Source: Lentisphaeria bacterium (GTDB lineage: Bacteria; Verrucomicrobiota; Lentisphaeria; JABSQK01; JAWLHB01). From it: 41,053 nucleotides of DNA. The number at the start of each line of letters is the position of its first letter. The first letter of the stretch is position 1. Of this stretch, positions 20,008 to 30,900 are shown in pieces. Location: the NCBI GenBank assembly GCA_041690595.1, contig JAWLHB010000059.1, forward strand, positions 1-41,053, in the 5' to 3' direction. The notes beneath the pieces were generated by a model that was not told where the DNA came from, did no database searches, and saw only the letters and a list, made by a program, of their open reading frames with translations. A program made the position numbers and the translations under genes.

Positions 20008-20894
20008 GTTTGATGACTGACACGCAGGGCACCCCCGAACGCGTCTTCGCCCTCGCCCAACTGATTGCCGCGCGCGGCGGGCAGATCCCACGCGATGAGG
20101 TTCGGCATTGGTTGGACCTTACGAGCGCCGATGACAAAGAGTCAACTGCGGTCAGACAGACGGTGGGAGCCGCAAGCAGCCTTGGTCTGGTAGGAGTCGA
20201 TACGGCGTCGAAGTCGCTAGTGCTCGGAGTCAATAACCTGCCGAGGGATAGAGCCACATTCTCCGACTGGGTCCACGAACAGCTTGTCAGCCTGCCGCAG
20301 GCACATCCGGACGCAGTGGTGCTAAGGGCGTTCGCGTGGTTCGTAGCGAACGTGGGCAAGCATCGGGGGACGACCTGGCTCAGCGATCTTTCGAATCAAC
20401 AGATCGCAGATGCCATTCGCAGTGATATTGCGAGTGACGAAGAAGGGAGCACCTTTAACGTGACTCGCTATCCAAGGTGGCGCGACTGGATCACATTCCT
20501 CGGCCTCGCGTACGATGTACCGCTGAAGGGAGGCAATGTCTTCTATCCCTACGTAACCGAACGCCTGCGCCGCCTGTACGACGAACTTTTCGAAGGTATT
20601 GACGCGGGTCAGGAGATGGAAGTGGAAGCATTCTTGACGAGGCTCTCTGATCGGATGCCATACCTCGACAATGGCCCACTCTTCGTTGACATGACTGAGC
20701 GCGTCGAGTGGTCACCCAGTCCCGGACGCCTGTCGCCAGTTACGAGCACTGCGCTCCGGGATTTGCATGACAGTGGCGTACTGGAACTCCGCATGCACGG
20801 TGACGCAAGAGACGCTTATTCACTTAGTCCCGATCCGACGCATCGGATCGCTGCTTTTCGCGCCGTCGTCCCGACCGCGCGGAGGGCGAAATGA
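20004..20894 (+). CDS. dpdG: DpdG-like protein
   Basis: ATG at 20004 overlaps the dpdF stop. About 296 aa, between dpdF and dpdH, with W..FLG, PYLD.G and STALR.L...G motifs. Assignment rests largely on synteny. Confidence 0.68.
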   Translation: MSLMTDTQGTPERVFALAQLIAARGGQIPRDEVRHWLDLTSADDKESTAVRQTVGAASSLGLVGVDTASKSLVLGVNNLPRDRATFSDWVHEQLVSLPQAHPDAVVLRAFAWFVANVGKHRGTTWLSDLSNQQIADAIRSDIASDEEGSTFNVTRYPRWRDWITFLGLAYDVPLKGGNVFYPYVTERLRRLYDELFEGIDAGQEMEVEAFLTRLSDRMPYLDNGPLFVDMTERVEWSPSPGRLSPVTSTALRDLHDSGVLELRMHGDARDAYSLSPDPTHRIAAFRAVVPTARRAK

Positions 20895-23800
20895 CTGATT
20901 TGCCCAGGACGGCCTGCTGGCGCGCCGACGATGCGCGTCACGTACTTGCGACTGAAGCGCTCGAGGGGTCAGAAGCGGCATTTCTCGCCACGCACTTCCC
21001 TATCACGGATTTTGAGATCGAAGGAACCCGTAGCGCGGAGGTCGAGACATGCGACGAGGAAGGTCTGTACGACGCGCTGTCGTCCTCTGACGTGCGCCAC
21101 GCATTCTGCGTTGTGGAAGGTGAGCCCGGTTCAGGTAAGTCCCATCTTATTCGGTGGCTTCGGGGGAGATGGTCCATCGAGGACGACGAGGTCTTGCTGA
21201 TTCAACGACTCGACGGCAGTCTCGAAGGTACTCTGCGGCAATTGCAGCTCAAGCTCCCGGGGCTCGAGGCGCGATTCGAGGGATTTGCCGCGCGGGCTCA
21301 GGACTTGACAGCAACTGGCCAAGCGAACGAGTTTTTCTCTAACCTCGTGCTGGCACTTAGGCATGGCCACCTCACCAATCCACCCCCTGATCAAGACTGG
21401 TGCGAGAAGTTCAGCCTTGACCAAGTCCTACATCCCGCAGAGGTAATGGAACGCTGGTCGGCGCCACGACGAATTGTCGAACTACTGTCCGGACGCAAGG
21501 GCGACGAAGATCGCGACCAGGATCTCGCGCGCTTCGTCCTTGATGACATCGCCGAATTGGAGGAGATCTTGCGTCCTCTACCGGCGCCGTCGCCGCGCGC
21601 GGTGCGGTTCTTACGCGAGTTACAGAAGGAGGCGCAAGGAATCCGATCACTGACTGATGAGGAGAAATCTGGCTCGGACAATCAAGAGGCGCTCCGAATT
21701 CGCTTCGAGAATAGCGCGCAACTCGTTGACGCCCTCAACGCTCGCCGCAATGGTGCAGTCCAGAATGTGCTTGGGATCTCGACTGAGGGCCTCAAGGAAA
21801 TGTTCGACACCTTACGCCGCGAGCTTGCTCCCAGACGGCTGGTGCTACTTCTGGAGGACATCACCGCGTGGGAAGGTGTCGACAACCAACTCATCGACGT
21901 TCTCGTCACCAACGTCGAGACACGTGAGGACAACGATCTCTGCCCGATGGTGTCCGTTGTCGGCCTGACTCCAGTCTACTTTCAGGACCGGCATTTCCAA
22001 GCGAACTATCGCCAGCGCATTACGCACCATGTGCGCCTCGGTCATGCTGATTCTAGCGGATCTTTCCAGGAGGTCTCATCACTCAGGACCGGTGACGCCC
22101 AGGTGCGTTTTGCAGCCTCCTACTTGCGGGCGATCCGCGCAGGGAGGGAGCGACTCGAGTCTTGGGGAGGCGGACCGGATCCGGTGCCCAATACGTGTGA
22201 CGGCTGTCGGTATCGCACCGAATGTCACGCCGCCTTCGGGGAGGAGCGCGGTGTCGGACTGTTCCCGTTCAACCGTCAAGCGATCCCGGAATTGTACAAG
22301 AGCCTCGTCGACCCGACACATCGCTCTACGTTTCAGACACCGCGGGGAATGCTCCAGGGCGTTCTTGGTCCGACGCTCAACGACCCGTATTCGATCGCGG
22401 CTGGCGAGTATCCTAAGGCGACCATCGTTTCTAGTTGGATTCCCGAGGAGACCCAGCGTATTCCGACGTTCACGGCGGAGACCATCGCGGCCAAGTGTCA
22501 TGACGAGGACGTTCAGGAACGACTCGCTCGACTCCTGAGGTTTTGGGGTTCCTGTGAAGCGGGTGCAGCGACGACTACCCTGGACGATACGGGCGAATTG
22601 CGCTTTGGCAATGTGCGCCGTCGAATATACGACGCCTTCGGGCTGCCTTGGCTCGGGGAAGATCACCCGGCTCATGACGATGGCGGTCCGACGCCACCAC
22701 CGCGCAGCGAGACCGATGCCCGGGGGTGGAAGGCGGGCGACGAGCATGGTCAGCCTAGCGATGACCGCGTGCCAGACGATCGGACCGATCGAAACAAGCG
22801 GCCGAATAGGGCTGATAGGCCTTTCCGACCGGTGAGAACTGCGGAACTACGGCGCTTTCAGGAACTTCTCTCTCGCTGGAGGTCGGGCGCACCAAGACAA
22901 ACCGAGCAACTCAACCGAGTCGCCGCTGAACTAGTCCTCGAGCGGTTACCCTGGAACCGGCTCGATATTCCTCAATGGGTTCGGACCAGGCTTTTTACCC
23001 GAGACTTGATAATCCTTGAAGGTACGCGGCAGGCTCGGTCGACGCACTTCGTGCTGCCCAACGAAGACTGGGTCAGCCGTGGGATAGAGGCTTTCCTCGA
23101 CCTGCGCGACGCAGGGAGCGCACTCGACCGCAATGAACTGGAGCGGCATCTGCGGGCCTATGCGGCGGCGTTGCTCGAACTCGAGGCGCGCGTCAAGGAG
23201 CATGCCAAACTGCTGCTGCCAGCACTCGAGGACGGTATGCAATGGCCGCTAGCGGCGACGGCTACGCAGGTCTTGCTTGCGCGAGCCTGGTTGCGCGGAG
23301 TGGCGTCGCCCTTAGATCCGCCGTGGCAACAATGGCGCAACATCCTTGCCGCAGAAGAGGAAGCCACAAGCGCCCCGCAGGAGAGAGTTGACAGCTGGAA
23401 CGAGACCGTCGAACGCACGCGTGGTAGCCATGGTAAGCACCGCACTATGCTGCAAAGCCTTGTCAACCTGCCCCAGGGAGATACCGATGCATTGGCGTTC
23501 GCGGACGCAAGTATCGGCGCACAAGCGATTGAAGAGCTGTCTCAGTCGTTCCGTCTCTCAAGGGTCCCCACCCTGACCGAAAACTTGGTGACGCAGATTG
23601 CGGAACTTGGGTATCTCATAAGAGATGCGAACGAGACTGACCAACGACTTGGTAAGGTGCCAGCGCGTGAGCGAGATAGACTCAAGAGGCTAGCTTTGAT
23701 CATCGACAAATCGCTGCGTGGACTGTCTGTGCACGACCACGTGCAACGTGTCGACAGAGTCATCGAAGATGTATCCAACCGGTTGCCGAATGCAGCACCA

Positions 23801-24172
23801 CGTGCCGTGGATGAGTGGAAGTTGAGAAAGGCGGAGCTTGGGAACCTCGGGTTCCTCGACCCCGACGAAGACGGTCCAGGCCGCGACGTCGAAGACCTAG
23901 TGGACGGTCTGCTGGTGTCAGAGATGACGCTTCCCGAAGCGCAAGCGGAGCTTCTCGACTGGCTGCTACGAGCGCCTGTGCGATCTTTGAATGTTCTGCA
24001 CCTCGCGCTGAACTCCGCCGAATACGCAATAGGCGAACTCCATCACTTCGTTGCAACTTTCCTCTCGGAGGGGCCTGCATCCCAGGGATCTTTCCGCGAG
24101 ATTCAAAACGCCGGCGAGCGAATCACCACAGCAGCAAGCCTAATGCTTGCCATTCTGAGGGGATCCCGATGA
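20891..24172 (+). CDS. dpdH: P-loop ATPase DpdH
   Basis: Walker A GEPGSGKSHLIRWL, Walker B LVLLLED and LFPFN..A motif. About 1,090 aa at the dpdH position. Confidence 0.78.
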   Translation: MTDLPRTACWRADDARHVLATEALEGSEAAFLATHFPITDFEIEGTRSAEVETCDEEGLYDALSSSDVRHAFCVVEGEPGSGKSHLIRWLRGRWSIEDDEVLLIQRLDGSLEGTLRQLQLKLPGLEARFEGFAARAQDLTATGQANEFFSNLVLALRHGHLTNPPPDQDWCEKFSLDQVLHPAEVMERWSAPRRIVELLSGRKGDEDRDQDLARFVLDDIAELEEILRPLPAPSPRAVRFLRELQKEAQGIRSLTDEEKSGSDNQEALRIRFENSAQLVDALNARRNGAVQNVLGISTEGLKEMFDTLRRELAPRRLVLLLEDITAWEGVDNQLIDVLVTNVETREDNDLCPMVSVVGLTPVYFQDRHFQANYRQRITHHVRLGHADSSGSFQEVSSLRTGDAQVRFAASYLRAIRAGRERLESWGGGPDPVPNTCDGCRYRTECHAAFGEERGVGLFPFNRQAIPELYKSLVDPTHRSTFQTPRGMLQGVLGPTLNDPYSIAAGEYPKATIVSSWIPEETQRIPTFTAETIAAKCHDEDVQERLARLLRFWGSCEAGAATTTLDDTGELRFGNVRRRIYDAFGLPWLGEDHPAHDDGGPTPPPRSETDARGWKAGDEHGQPSDDRVPDDRTDRNKRPNRADRPFRPVRTAELRRFQELLSRWRSGAPRQTEQLNRVAAELVLERLPWNRLDIPQWVRTRLFTRDLIILEGTRQARSTHFVLPNEDWVSRGIEAFLDLRDAGSALDRNELERHLRAYAAALLELEARVKEHAKLLLPALEDGMQWPLAATATQVLLARAWLRGVASPLDPPWQQWRNILAAEEEATSAPQERVDSWNETVERTRGSHGKHRTMLQSLVNLPQGDTDALAFADASIGAQAIEELSQSFRLSRVPTLTENLVTQIAELGYLIRDANETDQRLGKVPARERDRLKRLALIIDKSLRGLSVHDHVQRVDRVIEDVSNRLPNAAPRAVDEWKLRKAELGNLGFLDPDEDGPGRDVEDLVDGLLVSEMTLPEAQAELLDWLLRAPVRSLNVLHLALNSAEYAIGELHHFVATFLSEGPASQGSFREIQNAGERITTAASLMLAILRGSR

Positions 24173-24903
24173 CCGAAGCGGACTTGCAAGCAAACCACGA
24201 CACGTCCGGTGAAGACCTCCTCGAAATGCTAGAGGGACTTGCCGTACGGTTACCCGAGGCTATTCGAGAGCGCGATGCGGGTGACGCTTTGCGCGCAACG
24301 GACGAGGCGGTCGTGCAAGCGGAGGCGGACATCGCTATGTTGGAGCGGCTCGCAGGTATCCTCACTCTTGCCCAGGAGAGCATTGGAGCCGACGAACGCG
24401 TGCGCCTCCAGGAAGATGTCCTCGAACTCGAGCACGCCGGCGACGTCATCAGCGCCGCCGCCAATGCCCAGACGCTCGACGCAGCCGCGGAGGAGTTGTC
24501 GAGTCTGCCCAACCGCGTACAACTAGTCGAAAGAGTTATCTCCCGGGCCTGGCAGGCGCGTGTCGATGGAACCTTCGGTGCAAGCGATGGACTCGGTCGT
24601 GTTCTGCAAGAGATCCCGGAGACGCGAAATCTCGGAGCCAAGATTTCTAGACTTCATGCAGAAGCTATCGCACTTAAACATAGACAAGATGACGCTGATA
24701 CCCTAGCCGAAGCTTTCGCTCAGTTTCAGACGCAACTAAGCAGGTTCCACGCAGAACTTGCTCGAGTTGGAGCAAGCAAAGAGGTAGTCGACTTTCTGGT
24801 TGCAGTGTCCGAGCGCGAGTCACGGCTTGACATGGTCACTGATGAAGTTAGGGGCTGGCTCTTTGATCGAAATGCGTTGCGACTCTTCAAGATCAGCCTT
24901 TAG
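24169..24903 (+). CDS. dpdI: DpdI-like helical protein
   Basis: ATG at 24169 overlaps the dpdH stop. 244 aa, helix-like composition. Call based on position and size only. Confidence 0.5.
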   Translation: MTEADLQANHDTSGEDLLEMLEGLAVRLPEAIRERDAGDALRATDEAVVQAEADIAMLERLAGILTLAQESIGADERVRLQEDVLELEHAGDVISAAANAQTLDAAAEELSSLPNRVQLVERVISRAWQARVDGTFGASDGLGRVLQEIPETRNLGAKISRLHAEAIALKHRQDDADTLAEAFAQFQTQLSRFHAELARVGASKEVVDFLVAVSERESRLDMVTDEVRGWLFDRNALRLFKISL

Positions 24904-24951
24904 TAGCGGCAGTGAAGATGAGCGACATTAATCGCTTTTCGATGGCAACGT

Positions 24952-27900
24952 TCACCCTCCAACCGCGATTCCGGGCTCGAATCGCAGAAATCGCTCGAGT
25001 AAGGCTCGACTCAGTAGAGCCTCCGATACGAGGCCCGAGACGACATCGCTACCAACATGGAGACAGCCCTGACAGCCGTCGACACACAGGCGGCCACTCA
25101 AGCGGTAGGCTTGATCGGCGACCCGCGCCGCGCCGCTCAGTGACTCCTCCTGCGAAGCTCCTTCAAGCGTCTCATACGCCGCGAGCAGGCGGGTGAACTC
25201 GGGAGTATCCTCCGAACAGGACCGCGCTGCACTAACGACTGCACTCGTGAGCTCCCAGGTAGAGGGCTGACGCTCCAGACGCTCTACGAGACGCGCCCCG
25301 ACCGCGCGCGTCTCCGCAAACAGGTCGAATCGGGCGAAGCGTTCGTGGCCCGCGCTTTCGTGACCGAAGAGCAAGGTTACGATGCCCTGGACAAAAGTAT
25401 CGTTCGTGCGTGCGTCGACGCCAAGCTCTCCAAACAGCGCCTCCAGCTGTTCGGAGTCGCGGACATCCATCGAACGCCAAACTCGGTGGCAGTCTTTTCG
25501 AGCGTGGATCGCGTCTATGAGCGCGTCTTCGCGCGCGTTTGGACATTCAACCAAGGCGCCATCCCGCCACTCTTCGAGCACTGAATCGATGTTCTCGATG
25601 AAAGTGCGGGTCGTTCCGTCGCCATGCGCACCCGTCTCCGCGACGGTGATCGTATCCTCGGCCTCCGCGCCGAACTGCACGGGAAGTTTTGCGTGGCAGA
25701 GCACGCGGCGCTCCTCGCCACGCCCATGCAGAACGAACCACTGCTTCACGCGTACAGCGAGGCTATGCAGGAGGACGCTACGCAAATAAGCCTCTACTGC
25801 TTCTCGCGAACGTAGCTGCTCGAGTGCGGAGCTGAAGAGTGTACGAAACCGGTGGTCGCCGAGACTTCTCCCAAGACGCTCAACGCGTGACGGTGTTAGC
25901 AGCGGATGGTGCGAGAGCAGTTCTTCATAGGTTTGCCTCAGCAGGTCCAGTAGCCGCGTCGAGTCCCAGCGTCGTAGCAGACGGCGGAGTTTATCCCGAA
26001 GTTCGGGGGGACCAGCGGCGCTAAAGAGCAACTCTGCGGCGCGCTCTGCCTCGTAACCGTTTAGGCCCGCCGAGCGAGACCTCGAGCCGATGAGATATCG
26101 TAGAAACTGCCCGCGGTGCCATCGTCCGTCCGAGCTCTCGGCTAGCCGTGCCGCCTCGTCGCGCACGAATTTTCCCACTCGTTCCGAATCGAGGTGTAGC
26201 CGGATCCCTTCGGTCTCTACCTGGTAGCCATGGAGGAGCGTCTGGCCGCCATTCGGGTGAACGAAGACCTGAGTCATCGGAACGTCTTCCATGTCCGGGT
26301 CCATGAGACGAAGTTCGGCGTCAGCGCCCCAGTTCACCCGGCCAATCGTGAGTCCGGTGCGGCCTCCGGCGGCATCATTGCCGCGAAACGATAGCGCCCT
26401 CGGGAACAGCCAATCGAATCCTGCGAGAGATAGTGTCCGGCCCCGAGCATCATCGGATAGAACCCAACTCGCGCCGCGAAGTTGCGCCTGGCTCTTGTGG
26501 TGAACAAGCAACCCACGAGCATGCGAGTCGCCTGGCTCGATGCGGGACAGATGTCTCGTGTTCGGATCAAACACCCAGTCCGCCAACCAGTCTGCACCGC
26601 GCATTCGCCCGGCCGTCCGCAGCGGGACCCTATGCGGAAGGTATACGCCAGGATAGGGGTTCGGCCCGATCTCCTCCCGGATCTCTGATGGCAGTTCGTT
26701 CAAAAGTGCATCGATACCACCTCCATGGAAGGACTCCGGTAGCGCAACCGTTTCCACGTCTGTCCAGGGTGCCCGGCCGTCGATGGGAACAGTCCAGTGG
26801 AGATGATGGACCCCATAGCGTCGAGTGATGTTGCCGGGTGTAGCGGCGTCGAAGGCTATATCGATTGGTTCCTCGCGTTCGTCTTCGCTGCCTTCGAACG
26901 CAACTACAATCGAAGGTAGGTTCACCTCTTCAAAGAGAACGTCCGGTACCCACGGCAAGATCTGTCTCCAAGCGCGCGGCTCGGCCTTCAATGGGATTGG
27001 CGCTACCGCCGAACCAACAGCACTTGCCCAGAAGTGGGAGAGGTCAACTACCTGAAGCGTCTTGTAAATCCGATCTCCGCAGACCGCCCGAACGGCACGG
27101 TCGGCGTCAGCTAACAGTGCCGGTTCCAGCAAGAGACCATCGGACCCAGTTATTACGCCAGATCCAAGGTCTCTTGCGCGGTGGCGAGCGATGTAATCGA
27201 GGAGCACCGCGAGCACCTGGCCACGGACCACAAAGTAGTTTTCTAGATTGACAGGGACTTCGAACCCTGAAGCATCCAGCATTCGCGCGGGCCGGCGAAA
27301 GTACCAAGAGTCGCGCGGCGAGTACGGAGATAGGGTTACACCGGTGACAGGACGGTCGTCAGCACCTCGACCGCCTCGGCCCTTGCGTTGAATGAAGCTC
27401 GCGAGGTTACCCGGTGCGTAGTGCTGGTACACGAGCGTCATGTCGGGGTCATCGTAGCCGACCTCGAGAGAGGAGGTAGCAAAGACGACGTCGCTGCGTC
27501 GAATCATCTCCTCGACCCGCCCGCCCGTGCCTGAGAAGACCGGCCGGTCCGCAACAATAACGTGGCGGCCCGGGAAGTAGTTACCGGATGCTGTGGTCTG
27601 CGCAGTGTCCGTCGCTGCGAAGTACCAGCACTCACCGTCGCGGAAAGTGTCACAGGTCGCAGGGTCACGGCAGCACTCGCGGCGCGGGATTCCGGATGCT
27701 GGGTCATCGTCGTAGAGGCGGGTGCGGTAGCTCGCGAGGCGCTTGCCCTCCTCAGCGTCCTGGTAGTCGCCATGCAGGCGCTTGAGTTTGTCAATTGAGT
27801 CAAGAAAGACAATCCCACGGTAGCCGCCGCTGGCTCCTGAGCGGCGACGCATCCCGTGGGCGAGGCACATCAGTGCCTGGATCGTCGTCGCAGCGCCCGC

Positions 27901-30900
27901 GATGTCCTTGCCACGAGACTCTACTTCGGGTTGCACGAAGTAGAAGTACTCTCGCCCGCGAGGATTGATTTCGCGCTCCTCGGGCTCTGGACGGATATCA
28001 ACGACGTGCGGGCGACCTGTCAACGCACCCCACACCTTTGCGGGGCGCCCGAGCGTTGCGCTCATGCCGATGGCGAGAACTGGAGGAGCGTCGTTAGCGT
28101 TAAGTGTAGCCCGCGCGAGGAGTCTCCGAAGGGCGTAGCCGACCTGCGAGCCGTGGATATGCGTGTAGAGATGGATCTCATCGGCTACTACCGCGCGCGG
28201 AGGCTCGAAACCGGGACGATCGCCGAAGAGCGCACCGTATTGGCTGTCCTGCTGCCACTGGTGCAGCGACTCCGTCACCGGAAGAAAGAAGTCAGGCGGA
28301 CGCTCGCGCATACCAGCCTTGGTTCCAACCCAGCCGGCGTAACTCCAACCGCAACTGCAGGTCAACCGATCGGCACCGCCTTCGCCATCGCCAGGCAGGA
28401 GGGTGAGGTCGCCATCACACGCGGGGCAGCCGAAAAAAGGAAAACTCAGGCCGCCCCGAGTTACAGGCGACCAGAGGTCAGCAATTGACGAGTGCACCCG
28501 ATCGAAGACTTGTGGAACCTGGCCATTCTGGAGCCCGATTCGCAGCGTGGGCATCCCATCGCGGACGGCAAGAGCCGCAAGATATCCGACCAGACGCTGG
28601 GCCTGATTGGCGCCGAGGCGTATCCGCGGATAGACGAGAACAGCGCGTGTGCCCTCCCGCCCTTCAAGCGCGTCACACGTGGCTCCTGCGATGAGCGGCA
28701 GCAAGGCGGCTTCGGTTTTGCCTGAACCAGTATCGGCAGTCACCACGAAGGTGTCTTCCGTACTGACGCCCCGCCACGACGTAAACAACTGCTGCAGCGC
28801 ACGCCTCTGAAAGCCCGCGAGAACTGGATCGTCGTCCTGCCACACATCGCGCAGCATGGCGGCCACACCTTCCAAGGCGCTCGCACCAACCGGGTCGCCT
28901 GCGGTGGCATGGCTGACTTCGCCGACCACGCTCGAAAGCCGAGAGTCGCGAACAGGCTTGTCGCGCGACTTGAGTTCCACCTTAAGTGCGCGAACGAGAT
29001 ACGGGCGACGACTCGCATCGTCGGTTCGAAATCGCTGTTTCACGTAGCGAACCTCGCGTGCAAGTTCAGCCATGCGGCTGCGTACGCGGCCGTCGGCATC
29101 CAAAAGTACGTAACCTGCGGTGGCGAGTTCATTGATCGCATCCATCACTTCCCGACGTCCACGGCCCAGTGCCTGTGCGAGCTCCGGAGGTGATGACCAG
29201 GACTCGAAGACGCCAAAGTTGATCCGCCTTGCCTCCATGTCCTCGAGTTCGTTTAGAACCTCGAACGATGCATCCACCACGGGTGTCGCCTCGACCTCCG
29301 ACACCAGCGCGGGGGCCTCGTCGATCCAGTCGATCGTTTCGCTACCATCTTTGACTTCGAGCCGGACGACACCCTCGCGTACAAGCAATTCGACAAGAGG
29401 GTGTAGTACATCTTCACCCCCCACTCCGACCCAGACGAACTGTCCCTTCACCTGGTCATAAAAGGGCGGTAGCTGTGTGGTTCGTACGGTGGCGATCGCC
29501 TCCTCTAGTCGCACACGCACCGTGTCTGCACGGACCGGAAACGGGATCTGTGGCGGATCCACCGGGCGCACTGCCCAGAAATCTCCGTGTCTGCCCCGGC
29601 GACGGTACAAGCGCACGTGACCTAGACGAAGTAGATCGCGCAGATCGGACACAGGTATCTCGCGCAAGAGTTCTCGTTCTAGATCAAAAGTCGCTGCGGT
29701 GCCATACGGGTTCTGGAGGGCGAGTTCACGTACCTTGTCGAGAAGTTCTTCGAGTTCTGGGACCATCACCGGCAGCGATTCGTCTTCCTCCGGTGTCGAC
29801 TCAGTTCGCTCAGGCAGTTCGGGCGGCAACGCGCCAGGGAAACCGCGCACCCGGATCGAGACCAGAGCGGATCCGTGTTGCGGATCGCGGAGCATTATGC
29901 TGCCTATTTCGACGGCATTGTAGACAAACTCACGCACGATCTGCGCCGCGTCCAGGATCCCCTCGTCCGGCGGCACCACTTCCATTAGCCGGCGACTGAT
30001 AATCAGCACAAGCTTCGTGCGAGCACGTGTGATGCTTACGTTGAATCGCTCGGTGCTGAAAAGAAACTCAGCTTCGGCCAGAGCGAACTCCGGATCGGAG
30101 ACGGTGTAGGACACAATCACCGCATCACGCTCTTTGCCCTGGATGCGATCGACCGTTTCCACCACTGGAGCAACACCTCCGGGATCGAGAGCGAGTGCAG
30201 ATCGAATTGCCGCGTTCTGCGCCCGGTGTGGACTCACAACGGCCAGGCGGTCCTGCCAGAACCCCTCAGGTGTCACTCCAGGGCTCGGCGCCATCGCCGC
30301 GCGAAACCGCTCGACCAGGCGGGCGGTGATGTTGACCTCGAACGGGTTGACGGTGCCGGCTGGCGCCGCTTCGTGAAGGAGCACGCAAACTGGTACATCA
30401 GGATCGAGGACCACACGCTCCCAGTCCTCGAGTCCAGCTTCCCAGCCATCACGCAGCGCGAGACGGCGCTCCGCCACGTCGTCAGCCGAGCGATAGCGCC
30501 CAGGGTAGAACTTTGTCTCCGGGAACGACGTGAGCGGCGCGTTTAGTCGGAACGTCTCGTCAAGCGCGAACTCCGCTACGTTGCCCTGTTTCAAGAAGTC
30601 GTACAGCGAGCCGCCGATCCGGCGGCCGTCCACTTCCTGTTCATGAATCGCCCGTACTGGCGGCAACTGCTTATCATCGCCAGCTACAAGTACACGACCG
30701 TGCGGGCGCAACGCCGCAAGCGCCATTAATCCCTGGCTTACAACGAGTTGTGATGCCTCGTCGATGCAGACCAAGTCGAAGATGGGTGCCGTGCGCCCGT
30801 CGTTGTCCTGCCCGAGCCCTTCCGAGAGCATCCGCCCCAGCGTCCAGACCGTGCAACCGACCACGAGCCCGGGTCTGTCGAGGCGTTCTGCAGCTCGCCG

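Noticed and set aside
24921..24939. Hairpin AGCGA-N6-TCGCT-TTT between convergent dpdI and the helicase fusion as a terminator
   Set aside because: Only a 5-bp stem and a short U tract; too weak to call.
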